A stretch of 64,000 nt of DNA, from NCBI GenBank assembly GCA_051362555.1, contig CM120649.1, positions 18,924,567 to 18,988,566 on the forward strand, given 5' to 3'. Every line of letters begins with the position of its first letter. Positions within the stretch are counted from its first letter, which is position 1. The notes under the pieces are model-generated. The model searched no databases. It was not told the origin of the DNA and saw only the letters and a program-made list of their open reading frames with translations. Positions 39,348 to 53,900 of the stretch are shown here, piece after piece. The position numbers and the translations under genes were made by a program. Source of the DNA: Lingula anatina (Eukaryota > Animalia > Brachiopoda).

Positions 39348-40924
39348 AGCGGTGTTTGGGCCACTAGGGCAGCACTCCCTGTCTTAATGACGGCGGGTCG
39401 CTCCAGCGTGTTTTTATTGGCCGAGACATGGAAGGATTTAATTTTGTCTCGCGCACGGCACAGTGCCGTGACAAATGCAGTAGTTGTCTATGGGGTTATC
39501 ATCATAACACGTGACAGGTGAAAATAATAATTTAAAACGGTTGATCTCCAGTGATATATCTGCTGCAGTAGAATCACACGTAGGTTATAAGGCGAAACAG
39601 GTGTAATACATCGCGCTTCGGTCAGGTGCAACCGGTGTCCTACTTGTCCTGTTTTTTTTAAATAAAACAGTGAGGTACACCACTTAAAATAAAATGTTTG
39701 GCTGCCGTAGACGCTTAGATTTAAGATTAAAAAGAAAACCTGAACGATCAGATTTTTCAATACTTATATGTTTTCTATACTAGAATGCTACTTCCTAACT
39801 GCCTATGTCATGTGCATCAAAATAATAATAATACCAGATAATGTATAAAATTATTGTTAAAATTGGGCGTAATCGACACTGTAATTGTTCTCTATATCAA
39901 TTTTCTGCTCTCCGCCTCATAGCAGATGGTTTGTGCTATAAATTGATGTGTGTATGTATAAAAACCTAATTGGAAAAAAAAAAAAAACATGATGTGTGTA
40001 GGGGTCAAATGCATTTTCCAGTTTACTACATGTAGTATTTCCACTATTACTCCGCACCTGCAAAAGCTTGAACAACGAATCTTTGCCCAATGTACCCCAT
40101 CAAAGTCGGGGTTTGGACAATATTTGCTACTAAACAAGAGCTTCATGAAAATGCGTTAATAAACTATGAATACTGCAGCTTACAGGGTGTATGTGTTTAA
40201 TGTTGAAGCCGTATTAAAAGGACCCCTATTTTGATTTATGTAAAAATGTACATGATGTGTCTGTGTGTGTGTGTGTGTGTGTATGGTGTCTGTGTTGATT
40301 AAATGTTTAGATTTGACATAACATTTTTTAACTTTCCCAAAATTTAGTGTGTTTGTGTGTGTGTTTGAATGTGCACTTTTGCGCAGTCATGACCAAAGTA
40401 CTGACAGAACATGCATTTTCTATACGCTTATCCCCGCAGCCAAACCCTGATATGTATACTAATTACTGAGTTAGCAGACCCGTGCGTTTGCCCTCGGGTG
40501 CTCAGGTTCTTTAATAAGGCTGCAACAGGTGGGCTCAACGCCCCTTACGATAAGATACAGTTGGATCAACCAAGCAGTTATAACTCTAGATAGTCATGTT
40601 AGTTTGTCTGATTCCCACTTCAAAATTGAAATTGAAGTCGTATACATCCCATTTTCTACCATGGTGTTCCACCAAATTATGGGTTTTGGACAGACTGTGG
40701 CTATTCCAGACCAAGTATGAAAATTATTTAATTGTTGAATACAGGTATAGTCCCCAACAAAAACAAACATGAAAAATCAGCCGAGTGTCAAGAAGACATT
40801 TGCAAACCGCTTAAAAAACTTTCAAAAATGAATGATCCAAATACCTAGCACATTCCGTTTTTAGATAATCAACTTTTGAAGTGGAAAATATTTTTAGCTG
40901 ATAAACAGATTCTCTAAATAACTT

Positions 40925-41215
40925 AGGTTTTGGAGAGAACAGATAAACGTGGCCACACAATTCCTCCTGAACAAAATGGAGTGGAATAGGAAGTTGAAGA
41001 ACTGTAAAAAAATATCTGGCAGCCATTCCGTATTCACGATGTTGGTTTGTCACTCACGGCGGATTCTCTAAATAATTAACGTTTTGGAGAGAACAATTAA
41101 ACGTGGCCACACCATTCCTCCTGAACATAATGGAGTGGAATAGGAAGTTGGAGACTCGAAAAAAATATCTGGCAGCCATTCCTTAATTTCACGCTGTTGG
41201 TTTGCACTCACGGTG
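40925..41215. repeat. ~155-bp tandem duplication
   Basis: TTTTGGAGAGAACA..AAACGTGGCCAC..TGGAGTGGAATAGGAAGTTG..TTGGTTTG..CACTCACGG is present twice. Confidence 0.8.
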
Positions 41216-42455
41216 GTTAAACATTCACCGCGTCATAGAGTCACTATGTTGTCACAGCACTGGTGTACTCCGCCGAGAAGCTTAGAGGCCCGCAAGAAAG
41301 ACGCTGAATGGTTCCAGCGTCCATTGTCAAAGTATCAGACGTATCACGAGATGGTAGAAAATATTAGGACTGATGAAGTATCATTCAACATCGATATTGC
41401 TAAGATATCATGTTTTATCTCCGGCGCCACACATACATTAAGTACAGAGAACGAATTGCTTTGTTTCGAAAATCTCACCGGGCGTCGAAGAATAGAAAAC
41501 AAGAACTGCTAGAGGTAGGTTTGAGGCTTTACTTTTAATTCCGTAATAACCAATGCGGTTTAAAATTGGAAATAATACACATGTAATTGCAAATCACTCA
41601 ATGGCGTTCCTCATACTCACCTTTATGAGACACACATGGTTGAGTTATGTAGAGAATTACTGCGAAAAATCCGACCGTATTTCTGCGTTTTAGTTACGAG
41701 AAATTTGAATCTATACATTAACCTTGAAATAATAATTCAGTTTATGTATTATTTTTAAACATAAAATCTCAATTATCAACTCTTTGCAGTAAGCCATTTC
41801 ATCCTCTGTTTCTCTTATTTCCCACAAATTTACCATAACCACGCCGACATTAGCCACGCCCTTTCGTTTACCACGCCCTATTTACCAAGCTGTCTCGTTT
41901 GCCACGCCCTTTTGTTTGAGACAACCAATCACGGTGTTCGATTCCTGCACAAAGTGGTGGCTTTATGCTAATGACATTCGCGTTGTGGTCTTTTCCGCCG
42001 GACATTTATATAGAAATCGCGGCATGAAGCTCATACTGCAGATCTTTTCGAAGGAGAACACTGGTGTCAAAACGAATACGTGCACATTGTTATCTACGCT
42101 AGGGTAAGGAACAGAGCGATATTTGATGTTAAAAACTGACTGACTTTTTTGTTTGAAAACTTCAGCATCAAAACAAAATATAGAAAGAAACATTCGTATA
42201 TCTCTTACGTAATAACCCCTGTGAACATACCAAGCTGTTTGTACAGCGCATCTCCAGTTGTCTCGCGTTCAAACATCCATGTTCTTAAAGACCAAAGACA
42301 GACAACATCACTTAACTTTTCTTGGAAACTTCTCGTTTACTTGGAAGTAAGGGAAGAATTGTCTTCAAATATTCAAGGCGTTTGTTGTAAGGGCTGATGA
42401 CTGTTTTCTTTTAACATTCAAGTTTTCCTTGCAGCACCACAACGCGAAATTCAGT

Positions 42456-45400
42456 ATGGAAAAGCATAGAAAGAACGCTCGAAACCGTATTAACCAGAAG
42501 TGTGACTATGGGCGTATATTGGGCGCCATCTTGAAAGGTTCTGTCATCGTGGTGGCCGTGCTACTCTCCGTCTATATTCTGATCGTTCTTCTACGACTGG
42601 CATCCATGGGATCCTTAAGAGAGAAAGACGCCGTTCGTGGAAAGGCTCCCGGGCGGCCTCCAGCGCTAGTAGTGGGCCTGAAAAGGCAACCGAGACCCGT
42701 GGCCACGGCTACTGCAAATTCTAGCCTTCTGTCACCAGATTTTCCAGGAAAAACGCCCGGAATGAACAAGGTAATCTTTATTGCAAAAGTTTATTAATGG
42801 ATGCTGAGAAATTAAAAAAATCTCCATTTCTCTTGGTCTGCAATAAATTATTTTTTCGTACAATACTTCGTATAATTCGATGATGTTGAACTCGTGTTTC
42901 CATGGCATTGCAGTCAATAATATGGCGTGTTAAAGAGTATAACAGTATTCTCTACCAATGGCTCTTCCAGATCTAGCAGTTACATAATTATATGACGGAC
43001 TTTTCATATAAGCTAGAAAAAGGACCCCTTATAGGGAGTAACCTTGCGGTGCGTACAAAATATATGCCAGTATGTGCACCGGCAATAGTCAACATGACGT
43101 CACGAAAGGACCAGATAAAAAAAGTACTAACATTATAAGCATTTAAAAAAGTTTGTCTAAACACTCAAAACATCAACGTGGTCATCTCGTGACGTCAGTT
43201 ACACTATTTCCGACTAGAGGCAAAGTAGACCATAAAAAAAAGAAAAATAAATCGTATTCTTCTTCAGCAAATACTCCAGACGGCAGGCCATGTGGCCAGA
43301 AGAAAGAAAAGGAAAACAGACGTGCGTTACACTCCGATGTTCAGAATCCACATGGACCCTGAGTCCAGCAGGCCGGCCGTCAACCACGAGTTTGTTTGCG
43401 TCATTCGGAGTCTGGCAAGCACCTGCTTTTGTGACGATCTTTGCCGTGAGCTGAATGACTGCTGCTACCCCGAGGACGCTGGGTGCCAGGCCAGCCACCA
43501 GACGCTGTCTCCCATCCTACCCGCCACTGTGCTGGAGCACCTTTACTGCAGAAGCCTGAGGGACGTTTATGCCCTAAAGGACTATGTTTGGGCAGTGGAT
43601 ACCTGTCCCGACGGTTGGCTACAACGAGAACCGGTCGTTTATGAGCTGTGCACCAACGCGTCTGCGTACGCCATTGATGACCAAATTACGCGGCCCATGG
43701 TTCACACCGAAACAGGCATTGTCTTCAGGAACGCCTATTGCGCCATGTGTCACAGTGTCAACGTGTCAGCTGTCAGCCCCCTGCGTCTTACTGTGGACTG
43801 TGTCATGGGAGAACACCCGAACGCGAACGGCAAAACCCTCGGCGAGCTATTCCAAAGCAAAGCTTGTTACATCGATGTAGATCGGCATTTCCGGGTCCGG
43901 GAGTGCACACCGAATCTTGAATGTAACAAAACAACGAAATACGAAAGTTTCTCGCGGTTAGATGGCGTCTGTCCGTTGAAGAACTTTAGAGACTTTGTGT
44001 ACAATATACCTGAGCAAGTGGAGATACACTTGCGGGAGCCGCCCAAGTCTTGCCACCTTTGTCGGGCGTCGTCTGAATACGTAGCTCAATATTTTCGCAA
44101 CCCCATGGAACGAGTGAAGATTCGCAACTACTATACGCTGATAAACAGAACTGAATTTGCTGAATACTGGGCAGACTGTCACCAACGTGGTGGCTTTCCT
44201 GGTTAGTAACATAGTTTCCATGTTTCTATAATTTCTTTTCTTTTTCTCTCTTCAAGAAATTGTGCATATTTATGTTTTCTTATCTGTAGTGGTCTTTATT
44301 AGTAACTTATCTTTTCTATATTATTACTTAAATCATATTTTGGTTTTTCTTGTACAGAAAGTGTTTTACATTGCAAGCGTATGTGATGAATTTTCTTCAG
44401 CAACAATCGTTCTTTTTTAGCTAATGGTGGCGTGGATTTTGACCCAATTTCCCTCAAAATGGTGATGAATTTCGACATGGACAGAGTGACTTTCCTGCTG
44501 GACGAGCTGAAACACGACTGCGCGGAAGACCACGTGTACGACAAAGACATGGTACTGTCAATTTCATGATAATCTGTCCGTACCCGAACTTTTACGCATT
44601 AGTGTCCGCATTCAGAACCAATTGATAAACAATTGTTTATTTATTTTGTATACCGTATTATTCATTTCAGGACACGTGCTTGCCTCTGGAATGCCCCATG
44701 TACCACGTGGCCACACGTCACCAGTGTGTAAAGAACGTGGCACATATCAAGAACATCCCATACTATACAACTATCGTGTATTCCTTGACAATGTATGGAA
44801 GGAACAATTTGCGAGACGATTACCAGACCACCGAAAGTGCCTTCATAGGTACCATCAGAGACAGGGGGTTCTCCTACCTGAAGGAATTCTACAGTACTGT
44901 CAACAGAGTTTTTTTACATTCCACCACGCCGTACAAATTGAACATACAATATCAGACAAACAGCTTCGTGTACATCGATGTCGAAAACGAAACCCCGTTT
45001 TTCGACGTCCGATCCAATTTCTACGTAGTAAACGAAAACGAAGTTGCGTCTCTAGAGGAGAGCAGAGCGATGCTGGTCAACGCAACAGAAAAACTAAGAA
45101 GGCAGTTTTATGAGAAGAGAACGGAATCCCTCGATTCCAGTCTAGCTCACATGATCATCTCCAGTTACGGCGACCTTGACCCCATCGTCATTTCAAACTA
45201 CACTACCGAAGATTGTCCTTCTATATCAATTCCACTCACAGCTCTTGACAAGGCAGGACTTGTATATGGTGGACGGTACGAGAGGGCTTATCTAAGAAAT
45301 ATAATTAACGGAAATAGTATTGATAGAAAATATTTTTCACGACGGGGTGATGCCATCTTTCTGTGTGAGGGAGAATATTTGAAAGGGCGGGGGATGCAGT

Positions 45401-45480
45401 GCAATGGTGCGGATTTGGGCTCAAAGTCTTTATTCATGGCTACGATTTCCTTCATTGCCTTTTACCGTTATGTTTTCTAG
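42456..45480 (+). CDS. SMB-like/Cys-rich cell-surface protein, 4 coding exons, ~729 aa
   Basis: Exons 42456-42770, 43268-44201, 44421-44551 and 44671-45480 splice in frame (2190 nt). Features: N-terminal hydrophobic helix (GSVIVVAVLLSVYILIVLL), RRKKRK, somatomedin-B-like CFCDDLCRELNDCC, a CP..C..PMVHTETGIVFRNAYCAMCH module, and a hydrophobic C-terminus. Confidence 0.82.
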
Positions 45481-48137
45481 ACATTATCAGAGACGCACTT
45501 TTAAAGGTTGGTGACTATAACAATAATAGTTGGAAGTGTTTTTGATCTGTTTGATGTTTTAGATGTCGTATTTATAGGTTGATAAAGACACCCGAGTTCA
45601 TTTAATAGTGTGAAGCGCTAACAAATATAATTGATTACTCTTCACTGTTAAAGGCACTTTCCACGCGATTTACCCGCTAAAATATTTTTCTTAAGAAAAT
45701 GGAAAATTTCCTTACTAATAAATCCTTGTTTGACGGGTTCTAGCACTTGGGTTCGATGGTCTAAAGAAATGCGTTGTATGAGAAGCTTTGCATGGTGCAG
45801 GAATGATATGTAGGGGTTTTTCGAAATAATGGAGGGTACCTTTAACTTTATACAATTTCAGGTGTGCATGTACTACTTGGTTGAAATAAGCGACAGCATT
45901 TACATGTCCAACGACTCTCGCCATGCATTGTACCAGTATATCTGTATAGCATGCGTTTTTCTTTTTTTTTAATGCTATAGTGATTCATGTAACATATATT
46001 ACAGTACTAGTAGCAGATTTACGTTTATGTAAAGTGGATTGTCGTGAATGTCAAAATGGATAACTTATTACCAGGTTAAAGGAGGGGTTTGTTGGAAATG
46101 GGGTACGTTTGTCTCTGGTCTGTTGGCGGCAATTTTTTTTCTTTTCTGAAAAAAGGGACATTTTACCCTCTCAGTAAGCCCTACGTGAGATATTGTGTAG
46201 GGCTTAAAAAGTAAAATTCGATCAGAGTGGATCTTTTCTGGGCATAAAGGCGATTTCCCAGCCCCCAGACACCCCCTTGTCTACATGCCTTCATTTGACC
46301 TTGTAAAACATCAATGGTAAGACAACGTCTGTCAAGAGCGTTTGGTTGAAATAAAAACAGTTTGATCCGTGTAATTTACGTTTTAGATATTGTGCTGTGT
46401 TTACCAGGTGTGTGCTGTTGGAATAGACTAGGCGGCTAGCTGGTTATCGGTTAATATCAGTGAAAGTTTTACCCCAGATAACAAAATAGGGTCTTTGTTT
46501 TTTTTTTTTTTTTTTTTTTTTGTTAAAATTCGTCCAGTGTGAAGTATCCATTAATTTATCGATGAAATCAAAATTCATGAACCTATATATATCCCAGTAC
46601 TGGTATGCAACAGTAAATATAATCTTCCCACAATTAATTAATTGATTAATGTGCTTATTTGTTTAGTTAGTTCGTTAGTTAGTAAGTTAGTTACTTTGGT
46701 TTGTGCATAATATTTTAAAGATATGTTTAAGGTTTTCTGACGATTGCTGATGTGTTGGTCATATTACAAGGCACTTTTGTTCGTACGCTAGTCTATCTGG
46801 TATATGTTTTATTTTAATATTGTCAAGTACAGTGTGGTAAATAAAATTCTGGGGAAAAATTAACAAAAATAGCAGCTTTTGTTTGTCTGTTTGTCTCCCC
46901 ACAGGGCAGGCTTGTTTGCAAAATTAACCACGCTGAATCCGAAGAGGCGCAAACTGTTGCTAGCGGTCAAGTGCGGTTTGTATCTGGTGTTTTGGACACG
47001 TGCAACCTCGTGGTCACGATCTCATAGACAGGCCTGTGGGTCACCATAAAGCCTTTGTTGCATATGTTAATATCTAAAAAAAGTTAAAGGCTGCAAAATT
47101 TACAGTTCCTTAATTGCGCGCAAATTTGATGTTGACTGTCAACTATTGGCGAAAGCTTAACTTTAAAGGAAGCGAGAATGTGCATTAATTAATTCGTTCT
47201 CCAAGTATTCGCAAGTCCGTTGTAACAGGGGGTTAGATTTGAGCGTTCACGCGGTCAGTCATTATCTTTCACTCATCTTCTTCATCTGGAACAGCACATG
47301 CAAGCTGAAATCACAGGTAAGTTGATAGCGAATTAAAAAAATCTGGGTTTTGCACACAGGCACTGGTTTAATGACACCTTGTGACTTCATATCATTCGCT
47401 TGAGATGGCTGAACTAATGATTTTCTCTGGGCTGAACATGCCGTGCTGAAAACGAATAACAGCGCGTATGCCACGGTCATAATGATATCCAAGTTGAATT
47501 CAGATTTTTTAATAAATTGTTACAATAACACAATGTTATCGTGTAAAACGGCACTGGTACACGCGGAATGAATATTGGCAATCTGTTTTGATGGTTATCT
47601 CTGTCAAGGTTGACATGTTTGTTTGTTTGTTAGTTCCATGTGCATCAGACCATCTCCAGTGGATTTAAGAATCATGAAAATTGTGCTGTGCTCTCTGAGC
47701 GGCATTCTAGTTTATTAAGTGTTGAAACATTTGCTTTGGTTTGAAAGGAAATGGTCTAAAAGTGCAAATTTGATGTCCACAAATTTCAGGTTCGCCGACA
47801 AAACTAAAAAAAAAAAAAAAAAAAAAAAATTTGTAAATGACGTTAATTTGTAGCATTCGTGACTGAGCCCTTGGCTTAATAGCATGCTTCCATGCTATGA
47901 ACATTAATTTTGCGGTTTCCTGTTTGGTTTATTAAGCTAGGAGTGCATATACCCTGGCTAGAGGGGGTATAGAATGAGCGTGGGTTTGTCTGATATGCTC
48001 TTTATATAGGAATGTACATGTCTGATGGTAATTTTTACCACAAGTATCATAAACAAGATGTTGGGAGAGATATTGGTGACACACCGCAGAATACAATTGA
48101 CGAAAGAGAGATAGGGAGAAAACACAGCTGTGTGTGA

Positions 48138-48198
<61 letters not shown>

Positions 48199-50935
48199 CG
48201 ACAGTATAAGTGTGACTGTAGGGACTGAGGGATAGAAAACCGATTGCTACATTGTACCTGCAAATACCGCCTTCTGAAAATGTTGGGTTCGTGCATTATG
48301 TTCATCAAACGCAGATCGACTGCTTGAGGTCTTATATAACTTCACGTTTTTCTAATAAATGAGTACAATACCAGCTTGTCGACACTAAAACTAAGACAGT
48401 AGACATATTTGGTCTGATGCGCGCAACTCAATAACCGACTACTTTACCTCTTGGCATTTTATGCAGTTTTTTGACAAATCCAGGCGTTTTCAACGGCGTC
48501 CAGGGGTAAACATTCGCACAGAAAGGATCATAAAATGTTACCGATTTTACACAATTAGTACACACCTCGTGTTTCTGTAGCATTCAGGTTAATTGTCCCC
48601 CATAATCTTTACAAACTATCAAATTCCCATTAAATGGGTTTAAATCATTTGACAAACGCCTCTCATCCTGCATGCGACATACAGGTGAATTTATACCGCC
48701 ATGGCCGTCAATGATACAGGTAAGGGTACCATTTCATGTCTGCCTTAACGTTTTCTTTTCTGTAATGAAAACATAGGAGCAAGACCGTATGTATCACCTG
48801 ATAACTTTGCCCCTCACACTAAAAAGCTAAACCTTCAGTGAATTCTTTTAACCGTCATTGAAAACGTTGAACGAACTGAAGTTGACACTGGTCACCATAC
48901 ATATATACTACCAGCAGTGAATGAAATAACCTTATTTATTCATGAACGAAAACTGTCACTTTCGCTCCTGGGACTCATGAAACCTTTTTTTAATCAAGAT
49001 CTCCCCTAACTTAGAGTAGCTACGAGTTGCAATCTAGCTGTTAATTTTTAGAATGACACAGCGAGGTCAGCTATTTTTAAGCATCAAAGGCTGTGGGAAA
49101 CCGACGCGTGTGAATCACTTTCAAATCTGACCAAAGCTGGCAGCCTCGTGCAGCTTAATGTCGGATGTAGGAACCTCACATTAACCGGAAAACAACGTAG
49201 ATCCAACTCTTTAAATGCTTTTTTTTTTATATAATTTTGAATCCATGCCCAATTTTCTCTATATAATTCAAAATTAGTAACTACAGACGGAGTCAATAAA
49301 CTGCGGTTCATCGCCCAATGCCTCTAATATTATATTGCCATGTACACTGACATATGATAACTAAAAAGGGGTATATTCTTGTAGATACGTGTACGACGAG
49401 AAATCAAATCTTAGCTGTATCCTCAACCACAAGGACTTGTTACAGGTTATTTTTAAGCTTCTCAACAAGTGACCACACTTCATGGATCTATTTTCTCCGT
49501 TTAATCAGCTTGTGCGTCATATGTGAACTTTTTAGGTTAGCTATAAGAACTGGTTGAGATCCATCCATAATTTTTCCACGGAAAGGAGACATAAACTGCG
49601 TAACATTCTTGTTTGGTAATCAACTGCACAATTTTGATAAAACAAAGGAAATATTTTTTCTATTAGTGATCGATTTTCATCTGGATTGTTAGAGCAATAT
49701 TTGTAAGGGGAATAATCTAGCTGACCAATAAGATAATTAATAGCTCTGTGTGCCCTGTTCATCCCCCTGAGGACCTTGGCATTTGGTTGCACTAGAAAGT
49801 GTTTGGCGGGTTTCAACACGATGTATTTCAATAAGTTCTGTGTACTGAACTTTTCGTTTGATTGATTTAATAGCATCTGGAGAACGCAGTGAACATTAAA
49901 ATCAAATATTTAAAAAATCGATTTGTTGTTTATAAGACCACTAAGCCCACATATTGGTCACAGAGGGTTGCCATTCCGTTTGGACACTTAAGTTTTTAAA
50001 AACAGATCTATAAAGTGAATATGAGAAATATAAGGACACGTTTGGAGAAGACCACTTAAGAAGTGCAAATAATTCGTTGATGCAGTATTTTACGCCATGC
50101 CTTCTTTATTTCTTTTAAGTGGAGCTTTATTTTAATTAAATGAATGGGAAAAAAGACGTGCTACTTTGAAAACTGAATACGTAAGGTGACTCAACAACTA
50201 GTAAACTGTTTTAGGGCTAACTGCCTATTAGACGAAACAAATTACACATAACTTGTCTTTCTTGACTTACCTGCCGAACCTTAAAGAAAATTGCATTCCA
50301 TGTCGTGACAGAATGGCTTTGCACAGGAGGACATCAACGGGGTGAAAAAGCAACAAGAATCAAATTTTATACACAATGCTATCGCGCAAATTAAAACCAC
50401 CTTTACTCACTCTTTGGTTCACTTTTACCAATTAAACGTCGACATTTCCAACATACTGTTAATAATAATAATAAAAAAACTTTGCATTTTTGAATCTGAA
50501 TACTTGTTACAGGCTTTTGTTATATTTCATCAATAAATGAAAATGAATAAACAATTGAACAACAATAAATAAATAAATACTTTTATTTATTTATTAACAA
50601 ATTTATCTTCGACAAGAAAGAGAAAAACAATCGGTTGTATTGAAGATTGCCGGGGTTTTATTTCAGTCAAACGATGGTAGAGAAAAAAACTGAAGACACC
50701 CGAAGAGTGAATATGGCATTAGCCTGGTTGTGCGGAGTATGGACCACGTGGTAACAAATGCAGTTAACAGCTCATCAAAATCTATTTGTGCCACGAAAAT
50801 TCAAAAAAGTCCTTTGCTCTATCTTACGAGCAATTGTGTAAAGGGAATTGACATTAAGGCGGAAACGGAAAGGTAACAAATCTTTGGGAGTGGGTCCAGA
50901 TGTAGTCTACTCACACGGTACCCAGGAACTGCGCA

Positions 50936-53900
50936 ATGAGTAAAGTAACGATTATAAGCGCATATACTTCAATGCTTCTGCTACTTTCTAATTGCGATAT
51001 ATCGACGCCTGTCGCGTTGCCGCTACAAAAACCTGCCAGCAGGAAACCGTTGCCTGGTAACGCACCAGGCTTTCCTTCAACTAGCAACGTCCAATCAAAC
51101 ACCATCAATGCACAGGGCAGTTCTTCACCTCTTAATACAGCGCAAAACGCTGCTCCTCAGAATGCCGCACCGTTTGTATCGTCGGCGGCGGGTAACGTGA
51201 GTCATGGCACAGGGAACATTAGGATAAGTGCGGCTCCGGTGGAACAACTACCAGCAGAACTCTCACGACCGGTCCCGTTCCCTGTGCAGCAACCCAGCCA
51301 ATCCGCTGCGGTGACACAGACACCGCCCTATCACACCACGTGGTGCGGCATGAGGTACGAAATCCCATTCCAGGTTTTCTCAGGGCTTGAACATTTGGGT
51401 CCTGCCGATTTCGTCTGTTGCTCGCCAGTAACGTGTCCTCAAAATGGTCAAGCGTGCCAGTGTTATTGGTACTGCTTCTGTAATCTTCCCACACCATCGT
51501 CAGCTGGGACAACACCACCATCTCCGGGAGAGCCCACGTTTAAGCCGCCACCGATTCAAGAGGTTCAGGTCACATCGTCTCTCGTCACGCGCCCATATCC
51601 GGAAATCTTGCCACAACCGGTGCCCTCCTCGGGTTGTAAAACCACTACACCACTGAGCGTTCGGACTCCGAACTTTTTTCAAACATCTTATGGTATTTGT
51701 GATGAGTCTTCCTTTAGCAAAGGGACATTTATGATTATTAGGGATAGAAAACAAAAGGAGGTAGCGTTTCTTGTAAAAAATGGACAGTTTATATCCCCAG
51801 AAAGGTAACTTTTTTCTACTATTGTTTTTGTATTTTTCTTTATTTACATTTTTTATATAAATGCTACAATTTAATTACATATTTTCTTCCATATTGCTAC
51901 ATGTAGCAACAAAAAATTTATTTCAGATGGTAAGATAACAATACTGCTTCGTCAATTTAGGCTAAAATCAATCTACATTTTGAAGACCATATAGGAATTT
52001 TGATTGTAATATTTTATCACTGATTTAGTTTACTACATACTGTTTACACAATCAGATTGTGATTGGCCAATGATATTCGGAACAACAATCGTTTCACGCG
52101 AGCTTTAAATCGCCTTGTGAGTGTTGCCTCACATATTGGACGAGGCGCTCCTCATATTAAAATGTCAAATTTAGGTTTCCAAAGAAAGGGATTTCAGCAG
52201 CCTCGGCGACGGCTAAAACCACCGCTTTAAGTTTTGGAATGGACACTGACAGGAACCGGGCATGCCCAGGGTAAGACCAGATAATCTGACATGGAGGAAT
52301 ATTCTCAATCTGACCCGAAGTCTAAGAGAAAATTGTCAGCTATAAAGGTGTTTGATTCCCACAACCGAATACTAATTTTACACCCGTCTAATCTACAGAA
52401 TCACTTGCTATGTATATTGAAAGATCGCAACAAGCTGCTTTTTTGTTATGTATTTTAAAAAATTTGGGGGAATTTTTTTAAATGTCAGTCTCGAATATGC
52501 TTATGTTATGACAGGCGCGACTGTGTTAAAGAGCAATGTTAATATGAATGTCTCATATATCCAGGGTTTTATTCTACACAACCCCCACCGACAGAAAGAC
52601 GTTTTATTATGGTAGTTTTCCTGTTCTCATGGAGCCAGCGACGATAGACGATCAAGTTCAAACCTTCCCAGCTCGAATGTGTGCGTAAGTATGCTCACAT
52701 TACCCTGCGTGTTGTTATTGTTTGAATTAATAATTTGAGAAGTAGAAGAAGACGAATGTGTTAAGCCTCGGTCACAACCGATTTTTGGGTGTTGCGGAGG
52801 CCGTGGAGGTCGCAGAGGTAGAGGAAAGTCTGCCTTGCGAGGCGCAAGGGCCACATGAGATGTCCTTTCGGGCAGGGACGCTAACTGCAAGGGGGGATGG
52901 TCGTGGAAATTGTACTCATTTCTTGAGTTTGTCTTGCTTCCTGTGTACGTGGCACACACTCACAAATTACGGAGGGAATGTAACGCACGGCGAAAGTAGT
53001 GCCCTTTTGCGTCAGTTTTGCTTTACACTTGCCTCACACGTTTGTGGTGACGTACTGACGGCGTACTTCAGTTTTGCTTCCTGGTCTCATCTTCTTTCTT
53101 CTTCCTCCCCCCTTTTTTCTACTATGTAAGCTTCTTTCTCTTGCCTTTTGGAGGCATATTAGAAACTATTTAAATTGAGCAAAAATTTGAAATTTTTGAA
53201 AATTGTTGTACACGTTACAGAGTCGACGTTCATTGTAAAGACACGAGCGCGCGTCGCGAGCACGCCTTTTATTCACCATGCGTGGGGGTGACGCACGTGC
53301 GACGCATTCTCGGTTTGCTCTCGACTTTGTTCGTTAGTTGTGAGGGCGTGCGCCTTATATTACTCAATACGCAAAGGGCACTTGCTCCTTCATTACTTGC
53401 GACGTACGTCTTGCACAACGCGCGTCTCTCTTGCTAACTCCGTGCGAGAGGAGCAAGTTACGCTGGCGGCCTCGCTGTTCGCAGGCTATTCGCAGAATCT
53501 TTTGGACATGCCCAACATCCTCCGTACGTGCTTAAAGGCTGTCTGCGAACTCGAAATTGCGTAAGAAGGCCTTGCGTGGGACGTGAGATTCTGCTCAAAA
53601 TTTGCATGCAAACAGCCCGTAAGAACCCGTACGGCCGGTTGTGACCGAGGCTTTAAATAGTTTGATGACGACATTAGTCTAAAAAGCGAAACTGTGCAAC
53701 CTAAAGGTGGCAATCTTAAATGCACCGGTGTTTTTTCTTCACATGATTTCCGCGCCAATGCTAATTCCCTTGATTATAAAAACAAAATTGTCCTACTCAT
53801 AAAACATTGTTCGACCCGACCCTGAACGTGAATTTTGTGTCACTTCTAATTATTTGGTTATAAATAGGCCATGATTTATTTTAACTGCCGTGTCTTCCTA

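Noticed and set aside
47262-47492. Short minus-strand ORF with a signal-peptide-like start
   Set aside because: No convincing splice partners or recognisable domain.
50862-50871. IRF-like GAAACGGAAA upstream of the IL-17-like ATG
   Set aside because: A single short motif with unknown TSS; expected by chance.
52627-53758. GC-rich ORFs in the IL-17-like intron
   Set aside because: They lie mostly within the Harbinger-type element, and no recognisable transposase or MADF frame is intact.
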